From the NCBI GenBank assembly GCA_963812605.1, contig CAWEWF010000013.1, forward strand, positions 30,735-94,734: a DNA stretch of 64,000 bases, written 5' to 3'. Below, piece after piece: positions 60,459-64,000 of the stretch. Position 1 is the first letter of the stretch; every line of letters begins with the position of its first letter. The position numbers were made by a program, and so were the translations under genes. This DNA comes from an uncultured Verrucomicrobiae bacterium. GTDB taxonomy: Bacteria; Verrucomicrobiota; Verrucomicrobiia; Palsa-1439. The notes beneath the pieces are model-generated. The model was not told where the DNA came from. It worked only from the letters and a program-made list of their open reading frames with translations, and ran no database searches.

Positions 60459-63400
60459 TCACCAGAGGTCTAGCGAGCGGGTGATGATTTCGTCGAGTTC
60501 GGCTTTGCTGTCGCCGCTGCCGTAGGTGAAAGTGCTGGTCAGATGCCGCCAGTCGTCGGCGTCCAGACCGTAGCACTCACGGGCGACCAGGACTTCGAGC
60601 TTGGCCCGCTCCTTCGTGTCATGTGGCGCCGACAACAATTTCTCCGCCGCCGCTGCCAAACGGGAACGCAGCTTGTCCGACAATTTCGGAATCGGAAGCT
60701 CATACAGGAAGAACAGGTTGACGTTAGCCGAGATCTTGTTGCGCATGTAATAGTTCAGGACTAGCGAATTGAATAAGCAAAGAATGGTACGCGTGGCTTC
60801 GTTCGGTAATGCGCGTTGCTCCAACTTGCCTTTCGCGCCGAGATGGTAGGTAAATGACGTGAGGTAGTTCATGGACTCAGTGAGACACACGTGCGGTTTG
60901 ATGATCGACGCAATCAGCGTGCGTTCATCAGTAGAGCGACCGATCTTCCGGTAGGCTAGGCGTTCCATTTCATAGTGTAACTTGAACTTCTTCACGGCGA
61001 ACACTTGCCGCAGTCGGGCCTCCACCTTCTCCTTGGTTTCGGGCAGCGATTTGCCTTCGAGAAGTTTGACGCCGGACTCACGGACAAACTGCGTCAAGCG
61101 GAAAAGCTCTTTGTGTAGCAGATCTTCGCGAACTTCTTTCTCGATAACGTAGTAAGTGCCGGGTGCGTAGTCGCTGTCGAACTGATAGATCATCTTGCCT
61201 TCGTAAAGCGGCAATTGACCGGTTTTCAGTTTGTTTGCAAGGCGCTTGTGGAAGTAGCGGCTGTCTTCAGTGACGTGAAATTCCCGGCGGAACTGGAGGC
61301 CCAAGTCGCCGAGCAACGGATGGTTGCTGCGTATTTTGCCGCAGAGGGCGTAGTCGCGCTCGCTGCGAAACTCCATCAACGAGAAATTCTCGGGTGAGAA
61401 TCGGCGCATCAAGTCCACGCTGTAGCGGATTGAAGGACCGGTGGCCTGTGCTGGGTCGTGAAGGTAAAAGCGTGCGTCAAAGACATGTGCCTTGGGGGTC
61501 GGCACCCCCTTGATTATTTTTAGGAAGCCGAATTTGTAGCGGTTGTCCACGTCGGGAAAAATCTTTACCGTCTTGTCTTCACCGTTGACCTTCGCCGTGT
61601 AGCCACGGTTTTCGAACGAGCTAAGTTCAATAAGCGTGTGCTCGGTTGTTAGCAACCTGCGCAATGCGGTGCAGCCTTCGTCAGTCTGGATGCCCGATGG
61701 CACGAGGATGCCGAGGCGACCGCCTGCCTTCAACAAGTTGAGATTGCTTTCGAGGAAAAGCTTAAAGTAGTTCCAGTCGCCAGTACCCTGATACTTGAAT
61801 TTCCGTGCAAGGTAGTCTTTATACGCGACGAAATCGGCCTGGTACTTTTCCCAGCGAGCACTGAACTCGGTATCCGTCTTGAGTTTCTTCTCAAACCACG
61901 CGTCCACATCGGAAGCATCAACAGAGTACTTGCCGACACGCGCAAATTCTTTACGGACGGGTTTGGCGTTTCCCCACGGTGGATTACCGATGTTGCCGTC
62001 GAAGCCCCGTTTGGTTGCCGGTAGGGCTTTGCCGTCGGCGGTGAAGTAACATGGAAAGAAACTGAGGGCAACCAGCAGCGGGTCGCAAGGGAGTTTCTCA
62101 CCGGCAAAATGCGCGATCAGAATATCGCGGATTTCGCGGCGGATCGCGAGGGCCCCTTCCAGCGGGGCGTGATCACTGGGATTGGCGACGTACTGATTGC
62201 GCAGCGCGTTAAGTTGAACGATGGCCTCGCGCCCGGTTGTGGACAGCCAGGCAAGTTGTGCGTCAATGTCCGCGTCCACGAGGGAATCGTTGCAGATGAA
62301 GTTGAGTTCGAGGTTGGGGAGAATCTTGGCGGCTTCGGTTTTGAGCTCGCGAAAGTTGTAGTCTTCGGGCGTGAGCTTGACGGCCTCCTTCCAGACGTTG
62401 GTCTTGGCGACTTCGAGCGCACCGGAATCTTTGTCCACGCACCAGATGTGGCGCAGGAGGATGGCGGCGACGAGTTGGCGGCGCTGGTTGTCACGCAGAA
62501 GATGCCGGTGGCAAAAGTCTGCGGCGTCGCGCACTTCGGGTGGTACATCGAAGAGTCCCTTGCCAGGTTGTTTGGCCCAGGCGCATGCGGATTCAATGCG
62601 CCGGTATTGGTCCCAGACGGCACGGAGGGCTTTGATAAGGAACCCGCCACTGCCGCTGGCCATGTCCACGATGCGCAAATCGCCAAGCTCTTTCATCAGC
62701 GCGTCAGCGGCAACGAAGTCGTGGCGATTGGCGGAAAGCAATTCGACTATCTGGTTGACCAGCGGAGCAAACAGGGTCGCAACAAGGCTGTTCGCCATCG
62801 GCGTGGTGATCGGCGCGGGCGTGTAATAAATGCCTTCGTCCTTGCGGTTGGCGGCAAGGAACATCTCGTAAGACTTCCCGAAGATGTCTTCATTGATGCG
62901 GCGGTAGTTGTAGTGGACGATGCCGCGGCTGAAAACTTTGTTCCAAGTGCTGATGCCGAGCACATCATCGAGAGCGCGGGCAAAACGGTCGAGGTTTTCT
63001 GGTGATTTATCGAGATAGTCCCAAAGTTTTTCCTCGAATAGTTCCGTGTCGTAGTGGTCATCGAAGAATTCTTCGAACTCGCGGAGAAAGCTGCGTAGGA
63101 TGGACAGTGAGCCTTTGGCAACCCATTTTTCTTTCTGCCGCTCATACTCCTCTTGGATGAAGCGGAACGGGACCAGACCGAAGTCTTCCAACGTCTTGGC
63201 AAAGATCAGCTTGTTGATGAGCAGGATGACCAGCTCAGCCTCACGTTCGCTATCAGTAAACTTTACCTCGCGAAACCGCGTAAACCATCCCTGCAAGTCT
63301 TCAAAAAACACGCGGTCGAGTTCTGGTTTTTCAACATCGTCCTCGGCCCGACGAAGGACATCAAGTAGGCTACGAGTTTGCGCGGCACGCTCCAGCAACT

Positions 63401-63887
63401 CAGCGAAGGGAAGGCGCTGGAAGGGCTTGTCGTCCACGAAAGTATCACGAGCGTTGTAGAGATAGGCATCACGCAGATCGGTGAGGATGACGTACTCATG
63501 TTTTCGTAGATAATTTTTGATTTGGGGAAGGTGGTCAGCGGGTTTCAGCGGGTGCGAACTGAGCCGCTCATCACTATACAGGTCAAACAGCGCTTTTAAC
63601 TCGATTAGCACCGGTTCGGTCCCACGCTCCGCTACGGCAAAGTCCACAAAACCGTGTACGACATTGACCTGTGGCTGAAGCGGTAGATCGAGCACATCCG
63701 CCGCAAGGGCGCGCAACAGATCCTCGGCGGCACTCTCGGGTTTCGACCCGTTCTTGAGGTCGAGAATGTACTTGTTAATCGGCTCGTATTTGGAAAAGCG
63801 CGAGTTCTTCTCCAGCAACGGCATGAGCTGGATGTCGTGCCGATTTGTCAATTCGCACAGAGCTTGGAGAATGGCTGGTTTGTCCAT
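60459..63887 (-). CDS. Type IIG (Eco57I-like) fused restriction endonuclease / N6-adenine methyltransferase
   Basis: N-terminal VD...ELK nuclease motif, GIYYTP, motif I DMASGSGGF, motif IV NPPW, C-terminal TRD-like region. Confidence 0.85.
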   Translation of the reverse strand: MDKPAILQALCELTNRHDIQLMPLLEKNSRFSKYEPINKYILDLKNGSKPESAAEDLLRALAADVLDLPLQPQVNVVHGFVDFAVAERGTEPVLIELKALFDLYSDERLSSHPLKPADHLPQIKNYLRKHEYVILTDLRDAYLYNARDTFVDDKPFQRLPFAELLERAAQTRSLLDVLRRAEDDVEKPELDRVFFEDLQGWFTRFREVKFTDSEREAELVILLINKLIFAKTLEDFGLVPFRFIQEEYERQKEKWVAKGSLSILRSFLREFEEFFDDHYDTELFEEKLWDYLDKSPENLDRFARALDDVLGISTWNKVFSRGIVHYNYRRINEDIFGKSYEMFLAANRKDEGIYYTPAPITTPMANSLVATLFAPLVNQIVELLSANRHDFVAADALMKELGDLRIVDMASGSGGFLIKALRAVWDQYRRIESACAWAKQPGKGLFDVPPEVRDAADFCHRHLLRDNQRRQLVAAILLRHIWCVDKDSGALEVAKTNVWKEAVKLTPEDYNFRELKTEAAKILPNLELNFICNDSLVDADIDAQLAWLSTTGREAIVQLNALRNQYVANPSDHAPLEGALAIRREIRDILIAHFAGEKLPCDPLLVALSFFPCYFTADGKALPATKRGFDGNIGNPPWGNAKPVRKEFARVGKYSVDASDVDAWFEKKLKTDTEFSARWEKYQADFVAYKDYLARKFKYQGTGDWNYFKLFLESNLNLLKAGGRLGILVPSGIQTDEGCTALRRLLTTEHTLIELSSFENRGYTAKVNGEDKTVKIFPDVDNRYKFGFLKIIKGVPTPKAHVFDARFYLHDPAQATGPSIRYSVDLMRRFSPENFSLMEFRSERDYALCGKIRSNHPLLGDLGLQFRREFHVTEDSRYFHKRLANKLKTGQLPLYEGKMIYQFDSDYAPGTYYVIEKEVREDLLHKELFRLTQFVRESGVKLLEGKSLPETKEKVEARLRQVFAVKKFKLHYEMERLAYRKIGRSTDERTLIASIIKPHVCLTESMNYLTSFTYHLGAKGKLEQRALPNEATRTILCLFNSLVLNYYMRNKISANVNLFFLYELPIPKLSDKLRSRLAAAAEKLLSAPHDTKERAKLEVLVARECYGLDADDWRHLTSTFTYGSGDSKAELDEIITRSLDLW

Positions 63888-64000
63888 CGGCGATGAGCAT
63901 CCTACCAAGTTGGTCGGGTGAGGGCAAGGAATGCGCGGCGGCGGCCAGCCGTCTCTCACTATCACCGCTGCCGTTCGCGCTTAAATTAGGGCATCACCGC

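Noticed and set aside
1-64000. rRNA, tRNA, prophage, intact IS or integrase
   Set aside because: No such signatures recognised in this window

Overview
GC-rich bacterial chromosome segment. Gene content and repeat style suggest Verrucomicrobiota (inference). It is probably an error-prone long-read or MAG assembly, because at least 8 genes, including essential dnaE and lptF, carry single-base frameshifts. Core genes: dnaE, holA, addAB, lptF, DAHP synthase, UbiD-family decarboxylase, QueC-like protein, dsbD. Accessory content: a RelE/ParE toxin-antitoxin pair, decayed integron-cassette-like genes, an ECF sigma/anti-sigma/sensor + CusCBA copper-efflux locus, a phosphoesterase-GlpT pair and a type IIG R-M enzyme. 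The most notable signals are non-coding or missed by the ORF track. (1) A 28-aa leader peptide containing W-Y-W-F-Y-F, with a full attenuator fold, lies upstream of DAHP synthase and would sense all three aromatic amino acids. (2) A dispersed multi-copy element combines a TATCG-N5-CGATA palindrome, a fixed-spacing sigma70 promoter and a ~98-nt unit closed by covarying AAACGAACCC/GGGTTCGTTT inverted repeats. (3) A DUF3592 gene is bracketed by perfect 20-bp inverted repeats and ~45-bp direct repeats. (4) A candidate sRNA sits between the ECF sigma and anti-sigma genes. (5) An in-frame relic of a second cusA 3' end follows cusA. No rRNA, tRNA or CRISPR array was seen. All calls were made by eye, without database searches.
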